A stretch of DNA of 50,106 bases from a virus (IMGVR_UViG_3300043707_000032:1-50106); one strand, 5' to 3'. Positions 16,022 to 25,073 are shown, numbered from the stretch's first letter. Program-made: numbers and translations. Notes: a model not told the origin generated them from the sequence alone.

Positions 16022-16050
16022 TTGACAATAGTTCTATAGGCGCTTATAAG
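16022..16050 (+). promoter_or_regulatory. Sigma70-type promoter for the rightward operon
   Basis: TTGACA-17bp-TATAAG with AT-rich upstream sequence. Confidence 0.75.
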
Positions 16051-16117
16051 GGCGCTAGTACGTCTAGTAGGCTAAGGGTTAGAGGGCTTACTCTACCCAG
16101 TGTAGGCCCTCTTCAAT

Positions 16118-16426
16118 ATGTCGAACTACTGTAGGTTTTATCAGGTAGAGGAGTCTGTACCTGAGCTAGGTACTGAGACTCATCAACACGAGGTAGCTAG
16201 GTCTACGCCTAACGACCTCATGCCTACGGTAGAATGGCAGGTACCACCTGAAGTTGAAGTTACCAAGGTTAGAGTAGTCGTAGGCTATGGCAACACTGAT
16301 GTCTATATCCATACCCTACCCTTACTGTTCAAACCTGAAGATGTAGAGGTCATTCAAGGTGAGCTACCTAGTATTGAACCTGTTGACAAAGCTAGACGTA
16401 AGGTAGGTCAGTCTGAGCCCCAGTAA
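16118..16426 (+). CDS. Hypothetical protein
   Basis: 102-aa ORF downstream of the promoter. Confidence 0.6.
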   Translation: MSNYCRFYQVEESVPELGTETHQHEVARSTPNDLMPTVEWQVPPEVEVTKVRVVVGYGNTDVYIHTLPLLFKPEDVEVIQGELPSIEPVDKARRKVGQSEPQ

Positions 16427-16586
16427 AGATCAGACACTGAGTGATTATTTCTCCCGCATAGGTCTTAAGGGTGGTAAAGTACGCTCTAACGATAAACGCA
16501 CTTCAGGTCAACTGAACTGTGCTAAAGCTCGTGCTGCTAAGGCCCTATACAGAACTAACCCAACCATGCGCCCTAAGGATAAGTAA
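16413..16586 (+). CDS. Small basic KGG-motif protein (start uncertain, possibly CTG)
   Basis: ...SDYFSRIGLKGGKVRSNDKRTSGQLNCAKARAAKALY...; fills the gap between genes. Confidence 0.4.
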   Translation: MSPSKDQTLSDYFSRIGLKGGKVRSNDKRTSGQLNCAKARAAKALYRTNPTMRPKDK

Positions 16587-16588
16587 TC

Positions 16589-16705
16589 ATGCCTGATAGG
16601 GAACAAGACCCTAAGAAGCCAGATCCTAACAAACCACAACCTGTTGGTCCACCTCCTCATGACCCTAACCAACCTCAGGAGGAACCACAACGTCCACGAT
16701 ATTAG
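16589..16705 (+). CDS. 38-aa Pro/Gln-rich peptide
   Basis: MPDREQDPKKPDPNKPQPVGPPPHDPNQPQEEPQRPRY; SD AAGGA. Confidence 0.5.
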   Translation: MPDREQDPKKPDPNKPQPVGPPPHDPNQPQEEPQRPRY

Positions 16706-16718
16706 CTAGGAGCAAGAC

Positions 16719-16883
16719 ATGCCAGATGAAGAGCATGAACATAGCCACTACTCGCTTACTGTCGTAGCTACCTCCATAGCAGGCCTTAAGAAGGCTATCA
16801 AAGAGCTGCAACCTGTAGCAGACAATGGAGATGAAGAGGAAGAAGAGGGTAAAGAACAAGAGGAGACACCTGAAGCAGCTTAG
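16719..16883 (+). CDS. 54-aa acidic peptide
   Basis: MPDEEHEHSHYSLTVVATSIAGLKKAIKELQPVADNGDEEEEEGKEQEETPEAA; SD AGGAG. Confidence 0.55.
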   Translation: MPDEEHEHSHYSLTVVATSIAGLKKAIKELQPVADNGDEEEEEGKEQEETPEAA

Positions 16884-16891
16884 GAGGGTAT

Positions 16892-17512
16892 GTGAAGAGG
16901 CTATTGCTGTTAGTCGTAGTACTGTCCACTGCTCTGTGGGCAGATGAACTTACTTTCACTACGGTAGGCCCTGGTACCATCATGTCAGGTCTATCAGGTA
17001 TGACTGCTGGGCCTGCTAGTGTAGTTCTCGTCACCGATGTAACCACCGGTAAGTCTATCGACCTGTCTACCACCTTTACAGCTTCAGCTGGTGCAGCTCA
17101 CTCTGTAGTCGTAAGTGGTACGAATTACACAGCCTTCTTCAGTCATGGAGCTGGTGGTTCAGTCTCTATCCCTGGTGAAGTAACTGGCAGTATGCTGGAC
17201 AATTCAGAGCTTACAGCTGTAGTCGATGGTGCAGGATCATTCTCCGGTGAATTCAATGTCAGCTTCCTTAACCCAGTGCTGCTTAAGGACTTTGGTTTAG
17301 GGCCTGACTTTGCACCTACCGGCTCTGTAGGTATTACCTTCCATGAGTCAACCGTTACTGGTCAATCCCTTACAGGTATGATTGGTGGTGGTAGTACCAC
17401 TGTCTTAACCGTTACCACCCCTATCCCTGAACCTGAGACTCTGTTTATGTTTCTCTTCGGTATAGGCACTCTGGTAGCCTGCTATCGTGCTCGTAAGTTA
17501 AGTGGATTGTGA
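16892..17512 (+). CDS. PEP-CTERM sorting domain surface protein
   Basis: Sec signal MKRLLLLVVVLSTALWA|D; Thr/Ser/Gly-rich beta body; C-terminal IPEP + TM helix + RARK. Confidence 0.85.
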   Translation: MKRLLLLVVVLSTALWADELTFTTVGPGTIMSGLSGMTAGPASVVLVTDVTTGKSIDLSTTFTASAGAAHSVVVSGTNYTAFFSHGAGGSVSIPGEVTGSMLDNSELTAVVDGAGSFSGEFNVSFLNPVLLKDFGLGPDFAPTGSVGITFHESTVTGQSLTGMIGGGSTTVLTVTTPIPEPETLFMFLFGIGTLVACYRARKLSGL

Positions 17513-17781
17513 ACATTAGACCCTCTAAGCCGGTACAGCAGATCCAGGTCTTTGGAGACTGCTGTGGCCGGTGTAACGGTACTGGTGCTGTAGACACCCT
17601 TCAGTTAGGATTTGGTGGTCGATGTCCAGTATGTCAAGGTACTGGTATCAGCAAAGTCTTCGAAACATTCGGTAATCGTGAAGTAGCTTTACCCTCCGCA
17701 CAGGGACATTACGCTGATGGAGTTACCGTAGTTTCAGCAACTTCCAGTAGGCGTACATCACGAGGAAGGAGTCCAGGATGA
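17509..17781 (+). CDS. DnaJ-type CxxCxGxG zinc-finger mini-protein
   Basis: CGRCNGTG and CPVCQGTG. Confidence 0.65.
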   Translation: MNIRPSKPVQQIQVFGDCCGRCNGTGAVDTLQLGFGGRCPVCQGTGISKVFETFGNREVALPSAQGHYADGVTVVSATSSRRTSRGRSPG

Positions 17782-18008
17782 TATGTCCAGAGTGCGGAGG
17801 CAAGAAGGATCTACAAGTACCCAGTGTGACCGGATACCCGATCGAATACGGCAAGTGTCCCAAGTGCGAAGGGAAGGGAGAGATACCCGATCCCCCACAA
17901 GCTACGACTCAAGGAGCCACGACCCATACTGGGGAGGGGACACAGAAGGAGTCCCACGATACAAGTGCTCACGCTGCAAGCGAGAAGGCCTCTTCGTCCA
18001 AGAAGTAG
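17778..18008 (+). CDS. DnaJ-type CxxCxGxG zinc-finger mini-protein
   Basis: CPECGGKK and CPKCEGKG; SD AGGAG. Confidence 0.65.
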   Translation: MICPECGGKKDLQVPSVTGYPIEYGKCPKCEGKGEIPDPPQATTQGATTHTGEGTQKESHDTSAHAASEKASSSKK

Positions 18009-18394
18009 TAGCTGAGTCTTGTCATCCTAACCGAGGTCGTATCTGTAAGCCCTGCTGGGCTGCACGTATACAGCGTATGCGTGCTAAGCAGCCTAGCCAT
18101 AGGTGTGAGACCAAAGGCTGTAAAAAACTGGCTAAGGGCTATCACAAAAAGTGTGTCTGCTGCGAATTTAAAGGCTATCCTGAGCCTAGTAGGAAGAACC
18201 CCGTCTATAAGCGTAAGGCTATGTTGTACGCCTTAGGCCTCATTCCCTGGCATCTTCCCCGTAAATATGATCTGAATGATCCTATGGAACGTCGTCGAAT
18301 GATGATGGAGTGTCTTCGCTGTATCCGTACTAAACGCTATGGAATGAGACTCTTACAACAGGGAGGCTATGATGTCTCTTCCCTGCTGTCCTAA
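17783..18394 (+). CDS. Cys-rich basic hypothetical protein (start uncertain)
   Basis: CSRC, CKPC, C-x4-C and CVCC motifs; overlaps the previous gene in another frame. Confidence 0.5.
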   Translation: MSRVRRQEGSTSTQCDRIPDRIRQVSQVRREGRDTRSPTSYDSRSHDPYWGGDTEGVPRYKCSRCKREGLFVQEVVAESCHPNRGRICKPCWAARIQRMRAKQPSHRCETKGCKKLAKGYHKKCVCCEFKGYPEPSRKNPVYKRKAMLYALGLIPWHLPRKYDLNDPMERRRMMMECLRCIRTKRYGMRLLQQGGYDVSSLLS

Positions 18395-18602
18395 CTGTCA
18401 TCATGAACAGCGCCTAGCCGGTGAGAATGAACATCACTGGGCTTTTAGGTGCCCTTACTGCCGTACCGTCAGGATTATCTCTAAGCCAACCCTGCGTGGA
18501 GCATCTCGACTAGAAGTAGAAATGGGTCGCCATAAGGCCAGGATGGCTCAGGAACGACAGTTAGAGTCCTTACCACGATATTCCTTCCCTGGAGGTAAGT
18601 AG
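18369..18602 (+). CDS. Zinc-ribbon protein
   Basis: CPNC...CPYC; SD GGAGG. Confidence 0.65.
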   Translation: MMSLPCCPNCHHEQRLAGENEHHWAFRCPYCRTVRIISKPTLRGASRLEVEMGRHKARMAQERQLESLPRYSFPGGK

Positions 18603-18964
18603 TGCCTGCAAAACGCCAGGAAGAGCGTAATCAGCAAAGAGAAGCCGTCAAGATCAGGTGGGCTCGTGAAAAGGCTGTAGAGACTGAATGGCAGAAGATG
18701 TCCATCGAAGATGCTAAACGTGTCTTAGCTGAACTCCGTGCTGATGCTGAGTTAGGCGCTCGTATCCTACAGCAACGCTTAGGCAGAGAGAAACCTGAGA
18801 TGAAGTGCATCATCTGTGGATCTCGAATCGACGGTTACCCAGTCTCTCAAGCCCCTGTACGTGATGCAGCTACAGGCATTTATGAGAACGTCTTCTACTG
18901 CTCCGTAGAGTGTGTAGCCCGTAAGAACCAACAGCAAACAGGCGTACTAACCCTGGCTCGATAA
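18602..18964 (+). CDS. Helical protein with TRASH/MYM-like zinc finger, upstream of terminase
   Basis: CIICG...FYCSVEC; SD GGAGG. Confidence 0.65.
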   Translation: MPAKRQEERNQQREAVKIRWAREKAVETEWQKMSIEDAKRVLAELRADAELGARILQQRLGREKPEMKCIICGSRIDGYPVSQAPVRDAATGIYENVFYCSVECVARKNQQQTGVLTLAR

Positions 18965-20739
18965 TGCTTGACCTCACCAAAGTTGAGCCATTCCTCAATA
19001 AGCTGCCTATTCGAGACCGCTTCAGTCGCCGTCTGGTTCCCTTCCACTTCAACCCCAACCAGAAGATCATCCACCGGGCTTTATGCGATCTACAAGCACG
19101 TAAGCGTCTGATGCGTCTAATTGTGCTAAAGGCCCGCCGTGTAGGCATTTCCAGCTACACAGAGGGCCTTGGTATCTGCCAGTGCCTTAGCCGTGATGGA
19201 GCTAAGGTCCTGATCGTAGCACACCAGTTCAAGTCCTCCAAGGGTCTGTTCGAAGTTCCTACCAACCTAGTAACACGTCATCTTCCTGGCAAGGAATCGA
19301 TTCAAACGCTGCTGGACATCCCAGCCCCCAATAAGCACCTAATAACAATTCCTCATTCTGAAGGGGAAAGTACGCTAGAGATTGCCACAGCTGGTTCTGT
19401 GGAATCTGGGCGTGGATTAGGCATGTCGTTCCTGCACCTTTCGGAGGCAGCCTTTTATGGCGGAGTCGAATCATTTGGATCACTCCTCCCCACCGTACCA
19501 CGAGACAAATCCACCGTTGTCGTCATTGAAAGTACCGCCAATGGGCGAGTTGGAGATGGAGGTCACTTTTACGATTATTGGATGTCCGCCGTCGAAGGCC
19601 AGTCGGAGTTCATTCCTAAATTCATTCCTTGGATGGATGACCCGACCTGCGTGGCTGAAGCAGCACTGGCTGATGACGCTCCGGCAGATGACGAAGAAAG
19701 AACCTTAGTCAAAGACTTTAATTGTAGTAAGGCACAACTCTCATGGCGCAGGCTTACCCTAGACACCGAATGTAAAGGCTATCTCCCACTCTTCCACCAG
19801 GAATATCCCTCCACTGCTGAAGAAGCCTTTATCGCCACTGGTGATCCTGTATTCGAACGTGATGAGCTAGACTACTGTCGTAAGAGCCTGAAGGAGCCTG
19901 TCTTCGTAGGCAACCTAGCCCGTCTGGACGATGCTTTAGAATTCCGAGCTAACCGCTACGAGCTGGATAAAGGTCATGAACCAATCGAACTCAAAGTCTG
20001 GGAAATGCCACAATTCGAGCACAAATACTACATCGGAGCTGACGCTGCTCGAGGTATGCGAGAGCCTGGGGAATCAGTTGACCCAGATGAACTGGGAGAT
20101 TTTGCAAGCGTGGTTTGCTGGAACGGCACAACCGGATGCCAAGCTGCCCGAGTCGCTGGCCGAATCAATCCTGAAATACTTGCAGACTGGTGCGACCGTC
20201 TCGGACGAGCGTATAACCGCGCTATGGTGTCGATCGAATTGACCGGCAACTTAGGTCTATGGGCCCAGGCCGTTCTGAGGGATCGCTACCGCTACGCCAA
20301 TCTCTATCGCTGGCGCAATCGTGATGACAAAGTCCGTCCCATTAAAGCTCCAATTGCTCTGGGATGGGAAACAACCCTGCGTACTCGTCCATTAATGATG
20401 GACGCTTTCCGTGCTGCTATCCGTGAGCGTCGGGTCACCGTGCGGGACGCAGGGTTGTTAGTCCAAATGGAAGCCTGTGAACGCTCCGACGACTTCCGCT
20501 GGCAGGTCAAGCGTGGCCACGATGACATTCTGATCAGTGCTCTGGTAGGGTGGATTTGCTTGGAGCAGTGGGCACCTCCGCGCAAGCTGGGCTCCTCTTC
20601 ACCGATGAAGATGGACGACACTGACAACCTGCCCAAAGTCTGGCGTGATGACGTAGAAAAGGCGATCCAAGAGCATCACTCCCGCATCATGCATACCATC
20701 ACCAAGAAGCCGCAGCCGGATCGCCTGGAGGGCATTTGA
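18964..20739 (+). CDS. terL: Terminase large subunit
   Basis: FNPNQ, LKARRVGIS (Walker A), LHLSEAAF (Walker B), ESTANG coupling motif, RNase H-like YYIGAD...HDD. Confidence 0.95.
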   Translation: MLDLTKVEPFLNKLPIRDRFSRRLVPFHFNPNQKIIHRALCDLQARKRLMRLIVLKARRVGISSYTEGLGICQCLSRDGAKVLIVAHQFKSSKGLFEVPTNLVTRHLPGKESIQTLLDIPAPNKHLITIPHSEGESTLEIATAGSVESGRGLGMSFLHLSEAAFYGGVESFGSLLPTVPRDKSTVVVIESTANGRVGDGGHFYDYWMSAVEGQSEFIPKFIPWMDDPTCVAEAALADDAPADDEERTLVKDFNCSKAQLSWRRLTLDTECKGYLPLFHQEYPSTAEEAFIATGDPVFERDELDYCRKSLKEPVFVGNLARLDDALEFRANRYELDKGHEPIELKVWEMPQFEHKYYIGADAARGMREPGESVDPDELGDFASVVCWNGTTGCQAARVAGRINPEILADWCDRLGRAYNRAMVSIELTGNLGLWAQAVLRDRYRYANLYRWRNRDDKVRPIKAPIALGWETTLRTRPLMMDAFRAAIRERRVTVRDAGLLVQMEACERSDDFRWQVKRGHDDILISALVGWICLEQWAPPRKLGSSSPMKMDDTDNLPKVWRDDVEKAIQEHHSRIMHTITKKPQPDRLEGI

Positions 20740-21182
20740 GAATCTCTATAACCGAGCAGTTTGATACCGAATGGCCTACACGTTCTCCCAACTACCAGTT
20801 GGAGTCCTTGTTGGTTGCGTTGGTTATGCGCAACGGAGGTCAGCTGGAGATCCCTATCCAGGATGTGCTCGATGTCCGACCAAAAGATACGATGGCCTTT
20901 CGCACAATAGGGGAAAACATCGTCTTGTATGCAGGCCCTGGTACCTACATGCTTTACACCATTCAAGACAGAGGTGATCCATGGCACAATCCGGCCCAGG
21001 CCCAGACGACCCGTTCAGCGGTGATGAGCGACGAACGCCTGGCGGAGATGGAGGAAGTTGCAAGGAGGAGAGCTTCGATCCAAGCGGAAGCAGCGGCGAT
21101 GAGGGATGTGGACCCCTTGACGAATTCCTCAAGACTAAGCCAAGTGAGAACGGCACGTTCGACCGCCAAGCAACCACAGTAA
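20736..21182 (+). CDS. Hypothetical protein
   Basis: TTG start overlapping the terL stop; SD GGAGG. Confidence 0.55.
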   Translation: MRISITEQFDTEWPTRSPNYQLESLLVALVMRNGGQLEIPIQDVLDVRPKDTMAFRTIGENIVLYAGPGTYMLYTIQDRGDPWHNPAQAQTTRSAVMSDERLAEMEEVARRRASIQAEAAAMRDVDPLTNSSRLSQVRTARSTAKQPQ

Positions 21183-21448
21183 GGCTGCGTGGCTACACCG
21201 TAGCCGACGCCATTTGGACCAACTTCCACAACAAGTGGGAGACCAACCAGTCAGGAGCCTATAGGCAGCTTATATTAGACCTCAGTAAGCATGGTGCTCT
21301 ATTAAACACCACTGGTATTATCAGCATGGAAAACCTGGCAAAACTCATCATCAGCATCCAGGAAAACCTGAAGGGTAGAGCTGCTGAGGAGGGCCGTTCC
21401 CCGCTCGAGGAGGTGCGTTTATTTCTTAATGATGATGCTGTGAACTGA
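20981..21448 (+). CDS. Hypothetical protein
   Basis: SD GAGGTG; helical C-terminus coupled to the portal start. Confidence 0.55.
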   Translation: MAQSGPGPDDPFSGDERRTPGGDGGSCKEESFDPSGSSGDEGCGPLDEFLKTKPSENGTFDRQATTVRLRGYTVADAIWTNFHNKWETNQSGAYRQLILDLSKHGALLNTTGIISMENLAKLIISIQENLKGRAAEEGRSPLEEVRLFLNDDAVN

Positions 21449-23151
21449 TGGCCATACGCCAATCGATTACTAAGCGGAATGACCCAGACCGTGGGAACAG
21501 CTACCTGATCCGTCAACTGGATCAGCTACAGCAGCTGTCCGCCGATTACCGTCGCACCTTCCTGGGCGACGACTTCTTCAACGAAATCCGCACCTTCTAC
21601 AACATGGCTCTGAACCAGCCGAGCCGTGCTCCCACCTTCCGACCTCGTCTGGAGATCCCACAACTGCAGATGTTCTGCTGTACCGAAGCCAGCGACCTAG
21701 CGGACTCTGAGCCTAAGATCTACATCACTCATGACGTACCAGGGAAGCGGGCGCAGCGTGATGAAGCCAGGGAGAAGGCTTTCCAAGCGCAATGGCGTGA
21801 AGGCTTCTTTAACCTGCAGATCATGTACGCCTCACTTTGGTCGCTTCTGGCTGGGAATGGGTATCTCCAAATCGGCTTCGATCGTTATGCGAATTTTGGA
21901 CGTGGGCGGGTCTGGCTGAAAAGCCGTGATCCGGAAACTGTTTATCCCGATCCTGCGGCGATTGACGATGAAGACTGGTTCTATCTCCAGATGACGGATC
22001 GCCTTTACCCGGACCAAGTGCAGGAGCTTTTTCCTGACCGGGGTCGGTTTGTTCATGCTGCACCTCCTTCGGTGATCAAGGAGCAAGGCTCAACCACCTC
22101 GATGGTTCCGACCATGGTAATGCCCCCCGGGCCGATGTCTACGGTTGGGGGACTGCCGGATGAAAAGCTGGGCGTAGGTGACGGTCGGGTACAGATCCGC
22201 TACACCCTGATCAAAGACCCTACTACGCAGGAGGTGGTGAAGGACCTGAGCGGGACTAGAGAGGACCTCGAGGAGGCCATTCCAGCTAAGTTCGAGAAGA
22301 AATGGCCGAACGGTCGCATGATCGTCGACTGTGACGGACAGGTCTTGTTTGATGGTGATAATCCAATGCCCCGGGGGCGCTTTGGTCTGGTCCGTATCTG
22401 TGGGCTTCCGCCGCTGAACTGTTTTTTCGCTCCGCCACCGATCCGCACGAGCCGCAACCTGCAGGAGACGGCGCAGCGCATGTTCATCCAGGCGTACGAG
22501 AATGCAGTCCGATTGAACAATGGCGTCTGGTTCATTGACGAAGCCACAGGTATTACAGCAGAAGATTTCGGTGGGATTCCTGCGGAGGTTCGGGTAGTAG
22601 CCACTAACGCGCGTTATCCCGAACTTAAGCTGCCTCGACCCTTTCCGCCACAATTTATCGAGTACCCCAAGTTCCTGTTGGCGATGCAGAAAGAGCTGCA
22701 AGGCTTCACCGACGCCCGGCAGGGCCGTCAGCAGCAGGGCAATGTTTCCGCCGATCTCTATAGCGAAGCAGTATTCCACTCGCAGAGTCTAACCCGCCTG
22801 CGGGCCAAGCTGATGGCCGAGTCAGTGTTCAAGGCCGCCGAGCAAGTCTTCTACCTGATGGCTGCCTACTACCATGACATTTCATTTGCCGACTTCTCAG
22901 GCGATTTCCAAATCGTTCCCTGGGATCGAGTAGAGAGTGCCGATGAGTGGCGGCTGTTCCTTGATCCTGGAAGTATCAGACCAATGAGTGCCATGGCTCT
23001 CAATAAGCTGGCTATCGCATTGAAAGACAAGCACATGATCGATGATAAGACCGCCCTGGAATGGATGGGCGTCCCGTCAGCGGAACAGATCGCAGGCAAG
23101 CTCGACTCAGAGCGTTCACTCGAAGCATTAAGCCGATTAAAGAAACACTAG
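21448..23151 (+). CDS. Portal protein (P22/podovirus-like)
   Basis: 567 aa after terL; GNGYLQIGFD...DPETVYPDP..., DNPMPRGRF, G..DARQG motifs. Confidence 0.85.
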   Translation: MAIRQSITKRNDPDRGNSYLIRQLDQLQQLSADYRRTFLGDDFFNEIRTFYNMALNQPSRAPTFRPRLEIPQLQMFCCTEASDLADSEPKIYITHDVPGKRAQRDEAREKAFQAQWREGFFNLQIMYASLWSLLAGNGYLQIGFDRYANFGRGRVWLKSRDPETVYPDPAAIDDEDWFYLQMTDRLYPDQVQELFPDRGRFVHAAPPSVIKEQGSTTSMVPTMVMPPGPMSTVGGLPDEKLGVGDGRVQIRYTLIKDPTTQEVVKDLSGTREDLEEAIPAKFEKKWPNGRMIVDCDGQVLFDGDNPMPRGRFGLVRICGLPPLNCFFAPPPIRTSRNLQETAQRMFIQAYENAVRLNNGVWFIDEATGITAEDFGGIPAEVRVVATNARYPELKLPRPFPPQFIEYPKFLLAMQKELQGFTDARQGRQQQGNVSADLYSEAVFHSQSLTRLRAKLMAESVFKAAEQVFYLMAAYYHDISFADFSGDFQIVPWDRVESADEWRLFLDPGSIRPMSAMALNKLAIALKDKHMIDDKTALEWMGVPSAEQIAGKLDSERSLEALSRLKKH

Positions 23152-23159
23152 GAGGAAAT

Positions 23160-23300
23160 ATGGCAAGGTCGAGAGCAGTAGCACGTAAGGCAGGCCGTCT
23201 GGGGGCTCGTGGCTTCCCGCGCGCGCAGGCACTGGCCAAGGCCCGGAGCATGGCCCGAGGTGGTCGGTTGACTAGGCGAGGGCGTTACGTCAGGGTGTGA
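23160..23300 (+). CDS. 46-aa Arg-rich basic peptide (paralog of 43994)
   Basis: MARSRAVARKAGRLGARGFPRAQALAKARSMARGGRLTRRGRYVRV; SD AGGAGG. Confidence 0.7.
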   Translation: MARSRAVARKAGRLGARGFPRAQALAKARSMARGGRLTRRGRYVRV

Positions 23301-23995
23301 TGCCCGAAGCACTGGCACAAGTTACGAAGCAGGTGGGTCAAGCTCCGCCGCCGTCTCCCACTGGTCTGCCTCCTCTTACTCCGGCGCAGACCAGCTACGC
23401 ATCTCGTGTCGCTGGTCGAGAGGTTCAAGACATTCGAGGTCGTGGACTGACCGAGCAGGAGAAGGCCTTGTATCGTCCTCTGTTCGGCAATGTTGTCGAC
23501 CAGGTTCGGATTCATCCTAGTTCTAATCTATTCAACCTCTTTAGTGCTGCGACCAGTCCGAAGGGGGCAACGCTGGCAGGTGGGGTATTTCCGCTGGTGG
23601 CTCCGCACAACATATGGTTAACCGATCCGGTCATGACCAATCGATATGGTGGGCTGGAGCCAGGCCAGATACTGGCTCACGAGCTGGTTCATACCACCCA
23701 GAAGTTCAGGCCATTTGCGACCAGGAGTTACGACCTGCCTGCGCGGGACATCAAGCATGGCCGTGTCTTGTGGAGTGAGCTGGGCCCGGAGCAGCAAGCC
23801 ACGCTGATCGAGAACTACTGGGCGCGGTTACAGCGGAACAAGCGATGGGAGGAGGAGTTAGGTGAGGGCTACGATCCCAAGAATCTCTTGGACCGGAGGA
23901 GTCAGCTAGAGAACCAGGCAGCGCGGCGGAAGATCGTTGAGGAAGATGATCGATATCTTCCCTATGTGCGGGCCTGGCAGGCGGAGAGGAAGTGA
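23297..23995 (+). CDS. Zincin-like HEXXH metallopeptidase domain protein (DUF4157-like)
   Basis: RGLTEQEK...FG...DQVRIH, LAHELVHTTQ, EQQA third-ligand motif. Confidence 0.7.
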   Translation: MMPEALAQVTKQVGQAPPPSPTGLPPLTPAQTSYASRVAGREVQDIRGRGLTEQEKALYRPLFGNVVDQVRIHPSSNLFNLFSAATSPKGATLAGGVFPLVAPHNIWLTDPVMTNRYGGLEPGQILAHELVHTTQKFRPFATRSYDLPARDIKHGRVLWSELGPEQQATLIENYWARLQRNKRWEEELGEGYDPKNLLDRRSQLENQAARRKIVEEDDRYLPYVRAWQAERK

Positions 23996-24891
23996 TGCCT
24001 GAAGCCATGGCTCAAACCGTGAGGCAGACTGGACCTCGGCAACAGCCAGAAGATCTGGGAAGCAACATTTATCAAGGTATGCCTACCAGTGTCATACTCG
24101 AACCCAACCTGCCTTTGCTCCGTGAACCTTGGGCCGATGCTCCTCGCATGGAGAGTCAGCCCCCTACGCATTGGTGGGACAGTCCCGGCTTTTTATCGCT
24201 ACCACCACCAACCATCTCTCCAGAGCAACGCCGTTTACTTCCACCCTTCCTACGTGATTTGCCTCTACAGGTAGGCAGATCCCGTCAGCCTCTGGAGGGA
24301 GCCGTAGCTCATACTTATGGGTCCAAGATCTTGATGGACGATCCTGACGCATTTGACGCTGCCATTCTGGCGCACGAGGCGACTCACGTTCTACAGAACA
24401 TGCGAGAAGCTCCTTACCGGGACGCTCGTTACCACAACTATGAATATGGTGGTCCGACTGGGCTGGAAGCTGCTCACAGGGCAGGTAAAACAGCTGTTGA
24501 TTTTGGCGTAGAGCAACAGGCCTCCATCGTAGAAGACTATTACCGTATATTGCATGGTGTTGCGGGGGCAGCAGCCAAGCATGGCGGTCGACTGACCCCA
24601 GATGAGTCAGCGTACTTTGACCGAGTAAAAGCTGCTTACGAGCCTTTCATACAGCAGCTAGTAGATCTCGCTCCCTTCAATCCGGAGCAGGGCTGGATAG
24701 ATCGGAATGCTTGGGGTGCAGGTTATATCCCTCGTAATTACATTCCCCCGCAGGCCTCAGAGCTGCCCCTTCCAGAGGCTCCACGGCCTCCTGGCATTCC
24801 TCCCGGCACAATCAGCGGAATCAGTGAATCCACCTTGATGGGAATTGAGCCCATGCGAGTGGACATTTCTCCAGGACACCGCCCCCGATGA
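23992..24891 (+). CDS. Second HEXXH metallopeptidase domain protein (DUF4157-like)
   Basis: AHTYGSKI, LAHEATHVLQ, FGVEQQASIVEDYY. Confidence 0.7.
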   Translation: MMPEAMAQTVRQTGPRQQPEDLGSNIYQGMPTSVILEPNLPLLREPWADAPRMESQPPTHWWDSPGFLSLPPPTISPEQRRLLPPFLRDLPLQVGRSRQPLEGAVAHTYGSKILMDDPDAFDAAILAHEATHVLQNMREAPYRDARYHNYEYGGPTGLEAAHRAGKTAVDFGVEQQASIVEDYYRILHGVAGAAAKHGGRLTPDESAYFDRVKAAYEPFIQQLVDLAPFNPEQGWIDRNAWGAGYIPRNYIPPQASELPLPEAPRPPGIPPGTISGISESTLMGIEPMRVDISPGHRPR

Positions 24892-25073
24892 GACTCGAAC
24901 CCTGGATGCGCGAACCTCTGGAATGGCTAACCGTCACGGAGTATGCCAGGAGAATCCAGCGCCCAGTCGTAACAGTACGACGATGGTGTCGTGATGGTAC
25001 CTTCCGGGTCTTCCACGTCCCCACCTACCGGGGTAAGCGGGTCTGGTGGATCAGGGGTATCCCCAAGCCCTAG
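24888..25073 (+). CDS. Excisionase/MerR-like HTH DNA-binding protein
   Basis: WLTVTEYARRIQRPVVTVRRWCRDG...WWI. Confidence 0.75.
   Translation: MRLEPWMREPLEWLTVTEYARRIQRPVVTVRRWCRDGTFRVFHVPTYRGKRVWWIRGIPKP

Noticed and set aside
15500-19000. Stop-codon reassignment suggested by the many TAG triplets
   Set aside because: Genes are intact under code 11, and TAG ends genes (portal, MCP) just before the next SD and start
24888-25073. Integration/excision module
   Set aside because: Only an Xis-like HTH is present; no integrase or att site is visible in the window
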